64,000 nt of DNA. It comes from an uncultured Pirellulales bacterium (lineage in GTDB: Bacteria > Planctomycetota > Phycisphaerae > Sedimentisphaerales > Anaerobacaceae). Under the pieces are notes generated by a model. The model saw only the letters and a program-made list of their open reading frames with translations. It did not search any database and had not been told where the DNA came from. The position numbers and the translations under genes were made by a program. The stretch spans positions 22,737-86,736 of the forward strand of contig CAYUFX010000009.1 of NCBI GenBank assembly GCA_964444135.1, written 5' to 3'. How positions within the stretch are numbered: the first letter of the stretch is position 1; every line of letters begins with the position of its first letter. Below are positions 1 through 9,266 of the stretch, in pieces.

Positions 1-1052
1 GGTGCAAAACGCTTCCTTTGAGTATATTTATCCGCCCCAAGGTCCAAAGTCCTTATTATCATAGGTCTGTCCTGAAGAACACTGACAGTCTCTGCATAGG
101 CCTGATAATGCTCTTCTTCTGTCGGCTCGGTTTGCCTGTTAAGATACAAATATTCGGTACGGTACAATCCTATACCCTCGCCCCCTTTTTGCAGGACCAC
201 CTCGGCCTCATCGTGAAATTCGATATTGCCCAACAATGTGACTTTCACACCATCGCGAGTTACCGCCGGCTTTTCTCTTATCGCATCGAGCTTATGCTCA
301 AGCTCTGCAAACTCCTTCGAGTATTCCCGGTACTGTTGGATTGTCTGGTCGTCCGGATTAACAATGACGATGCCGCGATTGCCGTCGACAATGACGGTAT
401 CCGTGCCGCTGACGGATTCGGTAAGGTCTTCGAGTGCCACTACCGCAGGAATACCTAAAGAGCGTGCAACAATAGCAGCATGGCTGGTTCGGCCACCGGC
501 ATCGCTGGCAATACCTTTGACAAACTTCCTGTCGAACCCGGCGGTTTGAATAGGGCTCAATTCCCGGGCAATAATCGTAACCTCTTCGGTCAGATGCTCG
601 ACATCCTCGCGTTTCCTGTCAAGAAGCTGTATGAGCAAACGCCTTTCAATATCGTAAATGTCCGCCGCCCGCTCACTGATATAGGCATCTTTTGCCTTGC
701 TGAAATGTGATGCAATTTCCCGAAGTATAGTTGATACGGCGTATTCCGCCGTTACCGATTCGAAGTGAACCAAATCGGTTATCCTCTTTCGCAGGCTTCT
801 GTCGTGCAAAAAACGCATATGCACAGCAAAAATATCTTTTATCTTACTGCCCTCGGTTTTGCCGTGTGCCGCCTCAAGTTTGGTTAATTCGACGATAGCA
901 CCTCTGAAGGCATTTCTCACACGTTGAATCTCAGTCGTCCGTTCTGAAGCTTTTATTTCGCGGCGGGGAATGCGATATTCCTCGGAATCAATAATCAGCG
1001 CCTTGGCAATAGAAATGCCCGGCGAAACAGCTACGCCCTTTTTTATTTCCAT
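1..1052 (-). CDS. ptsI: PTS enzyme I (phosphoenolpyruvate-protein phosphotransferase), N-terminal ~350 aa; C-terminus lies beyond the window edge
   Basis: Absent from the ORF track because it runs off the edge. Manual minus-strand translation from ATG at 1052-1050 gives MEIKKGVAVSPGISIAKALIIDSEEYRI... It contains GGRTSHAAIVARSLGIPAVV (phospho-His motif, encoded ~470-520) and GEGIGLYRTEYLYL. The + strand ORFs at 18-710 are antisense shadows. Confidence 0.85.
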   Translation of the reverse strand, partial: MEIKKGVAVSPGISIAKALIIDSEEYRIPRREIKASERTTEIQRVRNAFRGAIVELTKLEAAHGKTEGSKIKDIFAVHMRFLHDRSLRKRITDLVHFESVTAEYAVSTILREIASHFSKAKDAYISERAADIYDIERRLLIQLLDRKREDVEHLTEEVTIIARELSPIQTAGFDRKFVKGIASDAGGRTSHAAIVARSLGIPAVVALEDLTESVSGTDTVIVDGNRGIVIVNPDDQTIQQYREYSKEFAELEHKLDAIREKPAVTRDGVKVTLLGNIEFHDEAEVVLQKGGEGIGLYRTEYLYLNRQTEPTEEEHYQAYAETVSVLQDRPMIIRTLDLGADKYTQRKRFA

Positions 1053-1096
1053 ATTCAATAACCAAAATCAATATCGCAGAACCGCCTGCGGCTGAA

Positions 1097-1411
1097 TCAA
1101 TTTCGCGGAGGCGGCTCACCAAACAATTTCTCTTCCACGAGCTCACGCAAAGCACTGATAACTTTCTGGGCATCGGAACCTTCAGCCTTGATTTTTAGTT
1201 TGGTCCCACAAGTCGCAGCGAGCATACTCATCTGCATGATACTCTTGCCGTCCACCTCAGTTTCGTTATTGCTGACGGTAATATCACTTTTAAACTGGTT
1301 TGCAATATCAACAAACTGCATCGCGGGGCGCATATGAAGGCCATCCGCGTTTTTTATCTCAACTTCCGTTTCACAAACCACTTTTTCCAATGAATCCTGC
1401 TCTGCCTGCAT
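1097..1411 (-). CDS. ptsH: HPr-family phosphocarrier protein
   Basis: 104 aa. GLHMRPA (phospho-His region) and KSIMQMSML (regulatory Ser region) are HPr signatures. It lies directly upstream of ptsI. Confidence 0.85.
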   Translation of the reverse strand: MQAEQDSLEKVVCETEVEIKNADGLHMRPAMQFVDIANQFKSDITVSNNETEVDGKSIMQMSMLAATCGTKLKIKAEGSDAQKVISALRELVEEKLFGEPPPRN

Positions 1412-1455
1412 CTTCAGGTCCCTTCGCCTTACGTTTGTAGATATACCTGAAGTTC

Positions 1456-1615
1456 TGCAAAATTGAGGTTAGGCACATATTATTTAAGAAAATCAGGTTT
1501 TTAGATTTTCTTAAATAATTAGCCAACTTCTTATTAGACAATAATTTACTGTTTGAAAAGAAAAAATCAAAAAACAATTTTTTCTTTTCAAAGTATGCCT
1601 AACCTCGATTTTGCA
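1456..1615. mobile_element. MITE-like element, copy A (160 bp; terminal inverted repeats TGCAAAATYGAGGTTAGGCA)
   Basis: Ends TGCAAAATTGAGGTTAGGCAC ... TGCCTAACCTCGATTTTGCA are inverted repeats. The whole element is near-identical to the reverse complement of 48007-48165. It has no coding capacity. Confidence 0.7.
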
Positions 1616-1639
1616 AAAGTCTTGATCTATATCACTACA

Positions 1640-2113
1640 CTACAAAGACGAATTTTCATCGGCCTCTCTGAGAAGGTCTTCAACATGCTCGGCGCTTCGG
1701 CACTGCCTTAGAAACTTACGGAACTTCTCATGCTGCAAATGCCTGAAAATATTCTCCATCGCCTGTAAATGTTTGTCCGGCTCATCCACAGGACTGATTA
1801 AAAGTATTACCGAATAAACCGGCTGCTTGTCGAGAGCGGAAAAATCAATACCGGTACTGCTCAGTCCTATCGCGGCAATCACATCTTTAACTAATTTGTA
1901 CTTCACATGAGGCACGGCAACGCCTTTACCCATCCCCGTGCTCGCTTCCTTCTCTCTTTTTATCACCGCCCTGGCAATCTCTTTGCACATGCCCTTTCCG
2001 AGTTTTCCGGCTTTATCAAGCGACGACACTATCTCTTCTATTGCACCGTCACGGTCGCTCATCTGCAGTTCCGGAACCGTTGCCTCAAAACAGACAAAAT
2101 CTGCAAATTTCAT
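1640..2113 (-). CDS. ptsN: PTS IIA-like nitrogen regulatory protein (EIIA-Ntr)
   Basis: 157 aa. GKGVAVPH active-site His context typical of the EIIA-Ntr/fructose-IIA family. Sits in the classic hpf-ptsN neighbourhood. Confidence 0.8.
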   Translation of the reverse strand: MKFADFVCFEATVPELQMSDRDGAIEEIVSSLDKAGKLGKGMCKEIARAVIKREKEASTGMGKGVAVPHVKYKLVKDVIAAIGLSSTGIDFSALDKQPVYSVILLISPVDEPDKHLQAMENIFRHLQHEKFRKFLRQCRSAEHVEDLLREADENSSL

Positions 2114-2297
2114 CTTATCTGCCCAAAATCATACACAACGGCCTAACAGGCCAAATCAAAAACACATATCACAAAACCAACCTACTGCTCTGTCACAGAT
2201 CAATTGATTGGTTGTCATTGCTGTCCCGCATCAATGTACGGGAAGCAAAGCTGAATGGGTGCGGAATGACAACCACTCAACCACACATGACAAACCG

Positions 2298-2627
2298 CTA
2301 CGTCAGCTCTGTTAGCTCTGCGCTGCCTTTGTGTTTATCGTCTCGTTCCCTACCCTTTGTTCTTCTGAGCTGTCGTTCAAGCTTATGGACGGCCATATCA
2401 ATGCAGCGGTAAGCATCTTCACCTGTTTCGGTGCCAACGAAAACTTTGCTGTGTTCGGCCCTTGCAATTATCTCCACGCTGGTACCACCGCCCTGATTGC
2501 CGTCTATAATCACTTCAATCTGATTTATACTATTGTAGTACTTGGGAAGCTTGGAAGTTTTTTCTTCTGCGTGACTTCTGATAGCTTCCGTTATTTCAAT
2601 GTGCTTACCAGTGATTGTAAAAAGCAA
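2298..2627 (-). CDS. hpf: Ribosome hibernation promoting factor (sigma-54 modulation protein / RaiA family)
   Basis: 109 aa. MLFTITGKHIEITEAIRSHAEEKTSKLPKYY is the canonical HPF/YfiA N-terminus. Confidence 0.85.
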   Translation of the reverse strand: MLFTITGKHIEITEAIRSHAEEKTSKLPKYYNSINQIEVIIDGNQGGGTSVEIIARAEHSKVFVGTETGEDAYRCIDMAVHKLERQLRRTKGRERDDKHKGSAELTELT

Positions 2628-2668
2628 GATTATTCTCCTTAACTATTTTCGGAAAGTAAAATCCATTT

Positions 2669-3400
2669 CTATTCATGATATTCCGAATCAGGCTTCGGTA
2701 AAGCAGCCAGTCCCTTCTTCTGACCCGGCGTAATAACCCCGCCGCTGACGGTAAATCTAAATGCTTCCTCTACTGTCATATCTAAATCTATGGTTTTGTT
2801 CCTCGGAACCATTATTATAAAGCCTGTAAAAGGTGTCGGGGAAGTGGGTATAAGAATAGTAAGAAATTCCTTTTTAACATTGTTCACGACCTTCTCAAGT
2901 CCGGAGCCTGTAACAAAACCTACAGACCATATACCCTTTCGGGGATACTCGACCGCAACGACTCTTGAGAAGGGTGGTCTTCCCTGCTCTTCCTGCGCAA
3001 ACAAAAAATCAGTAACTTGTTTCACATAGGGGTAAACCTTCCTTAAAACGGGTGTGTTCATTATGAATTTTTCGACCATTCGCCATAGTGTCCTGCCCAT
3101 GACACTGGCCAATAATGCGCCCACTACGCAAACAGCAACCAGAGCTATCAAAAAGCCGGCTATGGAGCCCCATCCATCAACCCAGAACTTGTTCCAAACC
3201 TGCTTGACGAGTTCATTACTTGGGTCGTCCCACTCAAGCCCCTTAACCAACATTGTCAAGCGAACCAGACCACGATTTATATGGACACTGATGTTGTTCT
3301 GGATGAACTTGTAGCCCCAGACAAATATCCCTATTGTCAGAATAGTCGGCAATAGTACGGCTAATCCACGAAAAAAGTAACTTTTAAACCGTCCCGCCAT
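2669..3400 (-). CDS. DUF502-family membrane protein
   Basis: 243 aa. The N-terminal FFRGLAVLLPTILTIGIF pattern and TM topology are typical of DUF502. Confidence 0.65.
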   Translation of the reverse strand: MAGRFKSYFFRGLAVLLPTILTIGIFVWGYKFIQNNISVHINRGLVRLTMLVKGLEWDDPSNELVKQVWNKFWVDGWGSIAGFLIALVAVCVVGALLASVMGRTLWRMVEKFIMNTPVLRKVYPYVKQVTDFLFAQEEQGRPPFSRVVAVEYPRKGIWSVGFVTGSGLEKVVNNVKKEFLTILIPTSPTPFTGFIIMVPRNKTIDLDMTVEEAFRFTVSGGVITPGQKKGLAALPKPDSEYHE

Positions 3401-3499
3401 CGGATACTATTAAAAACAGCCCCTGATTATTATCAATTTATCGTTTTTTGTGCAACCAAAGCCGCTTACAACACGGCTTCTTACACAGAGCACCATATA

Positions 3500-4555
3500 T
3501 TAAGTTATCGGCTTATCATAGTCAACAAAAAAGTCTTTCGGCAAATGTGCACCAATCAAATGTACCGCCGCCCCCGGCAGTGAAGCGAGCATCCATACTA
3601 TCCGCTGGCACAAGGCCAGAGCTAACGCCGCCTCTGCTTCGACACCGGCATAACGGATAAAAAGGTAGGCGAGTGTACCTTCCACTACCACGGCACCGCC
3701 GACACTGACAGGCAGAGCCCCCAACACCCACGTCAGTGTGAAAAAAACATAGTAATATTTGAGGCTTGCGGTAATCCCAAGATTTTTCCCAAGAAACCAG
3801 AAACCTGTTATCGTTATAATCTGCATAAAAACAGTCAGCCCAAAGGCCGCAAGGATTGTCAGGGGTTTACTGCAGTAAATATAAACCGCATCTTTAAGCT
3901 TTTCAAACGCCCTGACGCTGTGGATTCGAATATGCAGCCAGGTCGCTCGCAGCAAAACCCTGCCCCGCCTGTGCAACAACAGTCCGCAAAAAACCGCCGC
4001 CAATACTCCAGCCACCCAAATAATACCTCCTTTGTATTCAGCGAGAAACTTAAAAGGCCCACTGCGGCCGGTAAAGGTTAGTGCATCCGCCTTGCCTCGC
4101 AGGAAAAGCACGTAGAAAAAAACCGCGATTATCAATGTGCTTAACAACCCAATAATCCGGTCAACAAATACACTCAAAACCGCTTCGAACTTTTTAGGCG
4201 TGTGTTTTGTAACGTACCAGGCACGAAGCAAATCACCCCCTACCGAACCCGGCATGAAGTTATTGTAAAAAAGACCTAAAAAAATCAGCCTTATGGCAGA
4301 AAATAAATTTATAAAGATAGATTGAGTTCTGAGAAGAAGCAACCAGCGGAAGCCTATCATAACCTGGCCAATGACAAAAATACCGAGTGCTGCAGCAAAA
4401 ATCGCCAAATTCATTCGAGCAAAAATCGCCGTTAAATTGCTCCACCTCTGCCCACGAGATACCCACACTATGGCCCAAATGACACCAACCACAACCACCA
4501 AAATACGCATAAACAGGAAAACGTATTTACTTTTCTCAGTTTTCGCCTTGGGCAT
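3500..4555 (-). CDS. Lysylphosphatidylglycerol-synthase-TM-region-like (UPF0104, flippase-like) membrane protein
   Basis: 351 aa polytopic membrane protein with the PGSVGGDLLRAWY motif typical of UPF0104. Confidence 0.6.
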   Translation of the reverse strand: MPKAKTEKSKYVFLFMRILVVVVGVIWAIVWVSRGQRWSNLTAIFARMNLAIFAAALGIFVIGQVMIGFRWLLLLRTQSIFINLFSAIRLIFLGLFYNNFMPGSVGGDLLRAWYVTKHTPKKFEAVLSVFVDRIIGLLSTLIIAVFFYVLFLRGKADALTFTGRSGPFKFLAEYKGGIIWVAGVLAAVFCGLLLHRRGRVLLRATWLHIRIHSVRAFEKLKDAVYIYCSKPLTILAAFGLTVFMQIITITGFWFLGKNLGITASLKYYYVFFTLTWVLGALPVSVGGAVVVEGTLAYLFIRYAGVEAEAALALALCQRIVWMLASLPGAAVHLIGAHLPKDFFVDYDKPIT

Positions 4556-4631
4556 TGAAGTAGCTTGCCTTGAAAAAAACTTGTTTTCGAAGATAATAAC
4601 GGGTAAAACTTATCTTGGCAAGATGATATTT

Positions 4632-4666
4632 GGTGAATAGTGAGTGGTGAGTATTTAACCATTTAA
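4632..4666 (+). repeat. Heptanucleotide array GGTGAAT AGTGAGT GGTGAGT ATTTAAC CATTTAA
   Basis: Five in-register 7-nt units read directly from the sequence. The tract is C-depleted and lies 20 nt upstream of the hisI start. Confidence 0.7.
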
Positions 4667-4686
4667 CGAGATAGGAGACCAAACAA

Positions 4687-5100
4687 GTGGGTAAAAAACA
4701 AGACATCGAAGAGGGCGTGGAGTTTATTCCGAAATTCGATGCTAACGGCCTGATATCAGCTATAGCTCAGGACAGCCAGACCGGGCAGATATTAATGGTC
4801 GCTTATATGAATCGTCAGGCACTTGAGATGACAATCCAAACCGGCTATGCCACATACTTCAGCAGGTCGCGACAAAAACTATGGAAGAAAGGCGAGCAGA
4901 GCGGCCACGTCCAAAAAGTAGAACAGATACTGGTCGATTGCGACCAGGACTGCCTGATTCTAAAAGTAGCAGTCGATGCCGGCCAATGCCACGTTGGTTA
5001 TCGGTCCTGTTTTTACCGCGCATTGATGAAGAACACAGACAAAAAGCTGAAATTTATCGCAGATAAGGTCTATAACCCCCAAAAAACCTACCGGAAGTAA
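4687..5100 (+). CDS. hisI: Phosphoribosyl-AMP cyclohydrolase
   Basis: 137 aa. GLISAIAQD...MVAYMN...WKKGEQSGHVQKV..DCDQDCLILKV...CHVGYRSCFYR matches monofunctional HisI. GTG start. Confidence 0.85.
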   Translation: MGKKQDIEEGVEFIPKFDANGLISAIAQDSQTGQILMVAYMNRQALEMTIQTGYATYFSRSRQKLWKKGEQSGHVQKVEQILVDCDQDCLILKVAVDAGQCHVGYRSCFYRALMKNTDKKLKFIADKVYNPQKTYRK

Positions 5101-5373
5101 AACTGAATTTCGGCGATGTGGTTGTGTATCTGCTTGCTACAAAGAAAGTTACTACATATGCGATTCAACAAACAAAAAAAAACGGGATAATCCGGAATTT
5201 TTCCTTGTTTTTAGAGCAATAATGTGGTATCTTATTACTTGTAAACAATAGACTTAGTGAGGAGTGTCAACATTTTTTTCTCTCATTTTTGAATCTTTAT
5301 TCCTCACAGAGCGTCTGGTGTACGGAAAAAGTGTTTCAAAATCAAAAATTCTTTTTTCAGGAGGACTTAAATT

Positions 5374-7830
5374 ATGAAAAGATTTAAACCAAAGGTATTG
5401 TTGGTTTGTGTGCTGACGTTACTGCTCGGTATGGCAAATCTCGCTGTGGGCGCTCCAGCCAATGATAACTGTGCGAACGCAACGTCGGTCGGTAACGTAA
5501 CGAACCTGGCGTTCGACACTACATCGGCGACGTTCGATGGGCCCGGCTCCTGTGAGACCGCCCCGAACATCTGGTACGTCTATACCGCCACCCAGAGCGG
5601 TGGAGTCACCGTCAGCCTGTGCGGCAGCAGCTACGACACCGCGCTTGCCGTATATGATGGGGGCGATTGCCCCCCGAAGCAGGAGGACATGATTAGATGC
5701 AACGACGATTTCTGTGGCAAGCAGTCGGAGGTCGTCTTCTATGCTAACGCCGGCAGAGAGTACCTGATCGAGGTTGGAGGGTGGGGCTCCCACATGGGTC
5801 AGGGTGTACTGAATATCAGTTACGAGATGGTGCCGGATGGACGGCCCTCCAACGATGACTGTGATAACGCAATGTCGGTCGGTAACGTAACAAACCGGAG
5901 GTTCGACACCACTTTTGCGACGTTCGATGGTCCCGGCTACTGCATGGAGAGCCCAAACATCTGGTACACCTATTCTGCTGATTACACGGGTAGCGTCACT
6001 GTCAGCCTCTGTGGCAGCGACTACGACTCTAAGCTCGCCATTTATCACAATGGGTTTGGTTGGTACCCGGATGAGGACGACTTGATCGATTGCAATGACG
6101 ACTTCTGCGGTACGGATGCCCAGATCACCTTTACAGCAATCGCCGGCAGCCATTATCTTATTGAGGTAGGGGCGTACAACGGCGAAGCCGGCCAGGGTGT
6201 GTTGAATATCAATTCCGGTTGGGGTTGGTGGCCCAGTGAGCCGCCCAACGACGACTGCTTTGATGCAACGCACGTCGGTAACGTAACGAACCTGCCGTTC
6301 GACACCACCAATGCGACGTTCGATGGTCCCGGCTACTATAATACCACCGACAACGTCTGGTACCGCTATACCGCTCCGTACACGTGTGATGTTACCGTCA
6401 GCCTGTGTGGCAGCAGCTACGACACCGTGCTCGTCGTCTATGACGGCTGGGATTGTAACCCGGCGTATGCGGACATGATCACACGCAACGACGACTTCTG
6501 TGGTCTGCAGTCTAAGGTCACCTTCGACGCAATCGCCGGCCATCACTACCTAATCGAGGTCGGGGGCGCCACCGACTCGGATCACGGTCCAGGTGTGCTG
6601 ACAATCAACTGTCAGGGATGGCCTCCAACATTATCAAACGATAATTGTAATAATGCAAAGCCCATCGGCAACGTGACTGACCTGCCCTTTAACACCACCA
6701 ACGCAACGTTCGATGGCCCCGATGACTGTGTGAAAAGCCCAAACATCTGGTACCGCTATACCGCTGTAAGCACAGGTGAGGTTACCGTCAGCTTGTGCGG
6801 CAGCAGCTACGACACAAAGCTCGCCGTCTATAGGGGAGTCAATTGCCCTCCGAGCCCAAGTGACCGAATCGAATGCAATGATGACTTCTGTGGTTGGCAG
6901 TCACAGATTACCTTTGCCGCAACCGCCGGCAGCCGGTACCTTTTCGATGTTGGCGGGTTCGGCTCCAGCACCGGTCAGGGTGTGATAAGTGTTATTTCTG
7001 AGGGAGTACCTCCAACAAAGGCATTAGACCTCGGTGATGCACCGGACAGCAGTAACAATTCCAGTAGAAACATGACCGCATATCCCAAGGGAGGCCCTTC
7101 AGGAGTGAGAGCATATTACCCCACTGTCTTCAACGATGCCAGTGGTGCCGGGCCTTATGGGCCGGTTCACTTAAATCCTCAGGCAGTGGCTTACTTAGGC
7201 AGCACTATTACTAATGAAGCCGAAGCTGACATGGGCCAGGATCAGGATGGCGTCAACAACATCGGTCCACAATCCAACTCACCGGACAGGGACCAGGGCG
7301 ACGATGGTGTCATCTTCCCGTTAAATCTGGCACATTGTCGCTGGACAACATTTGACTATTTTGCCAACATTATCAACCCAGGTATCGGCCTTTGGGTCAA
7401 TGTCTGGTGTGACTGGAACCGTGATGGCGACTGGGACGACGACAGCAGCACAGACTCAACTCTTGTCTGTCCCAAGGGTCTTGTATCAGAGTGGGCAGTG
7501 CAGAATCAGTATCTTTTCAATCTGGCAGCCGGATTACATCAGATCACCACACCGGCGTTCCTGTCCTGCCATCCGAAGAATACTCCCGAGGAGATATGGA
7601 TGAGGATTACTCTTTCTGAGCAGCCCTGGACGAGCGGCAGTAATCCCGGCACGAGAGGCAATGGCGGTTCCGGCCCAAAGACGGGATACGAGTACGGTGA
7701 AACGGAAGATTACTACTTCACTCCTAAGACAACCTACACGGCATGCGAGGATTTCAACGGCGATGGGGTAATTAACCTCGCAGACCTGGCAACTTTCACT
7801 ACCGATTGGCTTGAGAACTGTCCGCAGTAA
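5374..7830 (+). CDS. Secreted multi-repeat protein: signal peptide, 4 tandem ~131-aa Cys-containing PPC-like repeats, GEVED-like domain, C-terminal dockerin-like segment
   Basis: 818 aa with N-terminal signal (LLLGMANLAVGAPA). Four repeats share NDxCxNAxxVGNVTNxxFDTTxATFDGPG...VTVSLCGSxYDT.L.VY...CNDDFCG...YLIEVGG...GQGVLNI. GETEDYYF is the GEVED motif and DFNGDGVINLADLATF is dockerin/EF-hand-like. SD AGGAGG lies upstream. Confidence 0.8.
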   Translation: MKRFKPKVLLVCVLTLLLGMANLAVGAPANDNCANATSVGNVTNLAFDTTSATFDGPGSCETAPNIWYVYTATQSGGVTVSLCGSSYDTALAVYDGGDCPPKQEDMIRCNDDFCGKQSEVVFYANAGREYLIEVGGWGSHMGQGVLNISYEMVPDGRPSNDDCDNAMSVGNVTNRRFDTTFATFDGPGYCMESPNIWYTYSADYTGSVTVSLCGSDYDSKLAIYHNGFGWYPDEDDLIDCNDDFCGTDAQITFTAIAGSHYLIEVGAYNGEAGQGVLNINSGWGWWPSEPPNDDCFDATHVGNVTNLPFDTTNATFDGPGYYNTTDNVWYRYTAPYTCDVTVSLCGSSYDTVLVVYDGWDCNPAYADMITRNDDFCGLQSKVTFDAIAGHHYLIEVGGATDSDHGPGVLTINCQGWPPTLSNDNCNNAKPIGNVTDLPFNTTNATFDGPDDCVKSPNIWYRYTAVSTGEVTVSLCGSSYDTKLAVYRGVNCPPSPSDRIECNDDFCGWQSQITFAATAGSRYLFDVGGFGSSTGQGVISVISEGVPPTKALDLGDAPDSSNNSSRNMTAYPKGGPSGVRAYYPTVFNDASGAGPYGPVHLNPQAVAYLGSTITNEAEADMGQDQDGVNNIGPQSNSPDRDQGDDGVIFPLNLAHCRWTTFDYFANIINPGIGLWVNVWCDWNRDGDWDDDSSTDSTLVCPKGLVSEWAVQNQYLFNLAAGLHQITTPAFLSCHPKNTPEEIWMRITLSEQPWTSGSNPGTRGNGGSGPKTGYEYGETEDYYFTPKTTYTACEDFNGDGVINLADLATFTTDWLENCPQ

Positions 7831-7860
7831 TTTTGTGGAATATCTGAATTTACGCAAACC

Positions 7861-7899
7861 AAGGCTGTGAGTGAAAATCACTCACAGCCTTTCTTCTTT
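7861..7899 (+). terminator. Rho-independent terminator
   Basis: AAGGCTGTGAGTGA-AAA-TCACTCACAGCCTT is a perfect 14-bp stem followed by TCTTCTTT, 30 nt after the stop codon. Confidence 0.8.
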
Positions 7900-8033
7900 G
7901 GTGCCCAGCCCCGGCCTGTACTAATAGAACTTATGTTCAGGTTGTTTCTCGAGCTTAGCTACGGTCGTCAGAAGTCTAAATGAATCTATTCTTTCAGAAA
8001 AAATTGCGAGCTAAAGCTCATCCTACAACTGGC

Positions 8034-9011
8034 TTATCCTGATAATAATTTTGCTGCTTCTTTAGCGAAATAGGTAATAACAATATCTGCTCCTGCTCGT
8101 TTGATTGCTGTAAGGACTTCTAACATTGTTGCCTTTCCATCTAAGAGTTCTGCGGCGGCGGAACTCTTTACCATCATATATTCGCCGCTGACGTTGTAGG
8201 CGGCGAGCGGACAATCAAAACGCTGCCGTGCTCGATATATAATGTCGAGGTAGGCAAGGGCTGGCTTTACCATTACAATATCAGCACCTTCTTCTATATC
8301 GAGTGCAATCTCGGCCATCGCCTGGTCGGCACCGGCGGCAGGATCCATCTGATAGGTCCTGCGGTCGCCGAAGGCGGGGGCAGATTCGGCAGCCTCTCTG
8401 AACGGCCCATAGAAAGCAGAAGCATACTTTGCCGCGTAAGACATAATCGCCACGTTCTCAAAATCGTTTTCTTCGAGCGCTTCACGAATGTACCCGACCC
8501 GGCCATCCATCATATCCGAAGGAGCAACTATATCGGCACCGGCCTGGGCGTGTGAAAGGGCCACCTTTGCCAATAGTTCGCAGGTTTGGTCGTTATCGAT
8601 TTTGCCGTCTTTGATGATGCCGCAATGGCCGTGGTCGGTGTACTCGCAAAGGCAAACGTCGGTAATAACCAGAAGCTGCGGTGCCGCTTTTTTGATTTCT
8701 TTGATAGAGCGCTGCACAACGCCGTCTTCGGCCCAGGCCTGTGAGCCGATATCATCTTTCTTGCCCGGCAGACCGAAAAGCAGAACCGCAGGTATATCCA
8801 AAGAGGCCACTTCAGCAGCTTCGGCCGCGATTGTATCCGGTGAGAAATGGAAACAATCGGTCATTGACTTGATAGGCTGTTTGAGACCTTTGCCTTCCCG
8901 AACAAATAACGGATAAACCAAATCATCGACGCTCAAAGAGGTTTGACGCACCAGTCTTCGCATAGAATCACTGCTGCGCAGCCTTCGCATTCTGATTTTT
9001 GGAAAAGACAT
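8034..9011 (-). CDS. hemB: Porphobilinogen synthase (delta-aminolevulinic acid dehydratase)
   Basis: 325 aa. [30 protein letters not shown] and the rest are collinear with HemB. Confidence 0.9.
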   Translation of the reverse strand: MSFPKIRMRRLRSSDSMRRLVRQTSLSVDDLVYPLFVREGKGLKQPIKSMTDCFHFSPDTIAAEAAEVASLDIPAVLLFGLPGKKDDIGSQAWAEDGVVQRSIKEIKKAAPQLLVITDVCLCEYTDHGHCGIIKDGKIDNDQTCELLAKVALSHAQAGADIVAPSDMMDGRVGYIREALEENDFENVAIMSYAAKYASAFYGPFREAAESAPAFGDRRTYQMDPAAGADQAMAEIALDIEEGADIVMVKPALAYLDIIYRARQRFDCPLAAYNVSGEYMMVKSSAAAELLDGKATMLEVLTAIKRAGADIVITYFAKEAAKLLSG

Positions 9012-9060
9012 AATTAGCTCCTTCGGAGAAACTCGAAATTCGAATTTCTATATAGTTCCT

Positions 9061-9214
9061 GTTGCGGAAACAGTATTTGTCATTCCCGCCCCGCATCGTG
9101 TGCGGGATAAACTCCAGCGGGAATCCAGCTTTTTCGCTCTGGACCCCTGCTCCTTCGACTTCGCTCAGGACAGGTTTCGCAGGGGTGACATCGTCGATTT
9201 TTGTTTTCCGCAAC
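9061..9214. repeat. GC-rich structured REP-like element bounded by a 10-bp inverted repeat (GTTGCGGAAA...TTTCCGCAAC)
   Basis: Nested hairpins ATTCCCGC[CCCGC-ATCGTGT-GCGGG]...GCGGGAAT (9082-9125) and CCCCTGC...GCAGGGG. It occupies the hemB to cobA/hemD spacer. Confidence 0.6.
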
Positions 9215-9266
9215 AGATACTAAATACGAAACAATATCTAAATTCAAATGTCCAAAACCAAGATAT

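Noticed and set aside
18-710. Three overlapping + strand ORFs (146, 107 and 76 aa) at the left edge
   Set aside because: They are antisense to a clear minus-strand ptsI reading frame (GGRTSHAAIVAR motif and others) and have low-complexity, unrecognisable sequences.
5419-6546. 375-aa minus-strand ORF
   Set aside because: It lies entirely antisense to the repeat region of the 818-aa secreted protein. It stays open only because the repeats lack antisense stops. It has no start context or recognisable domain.
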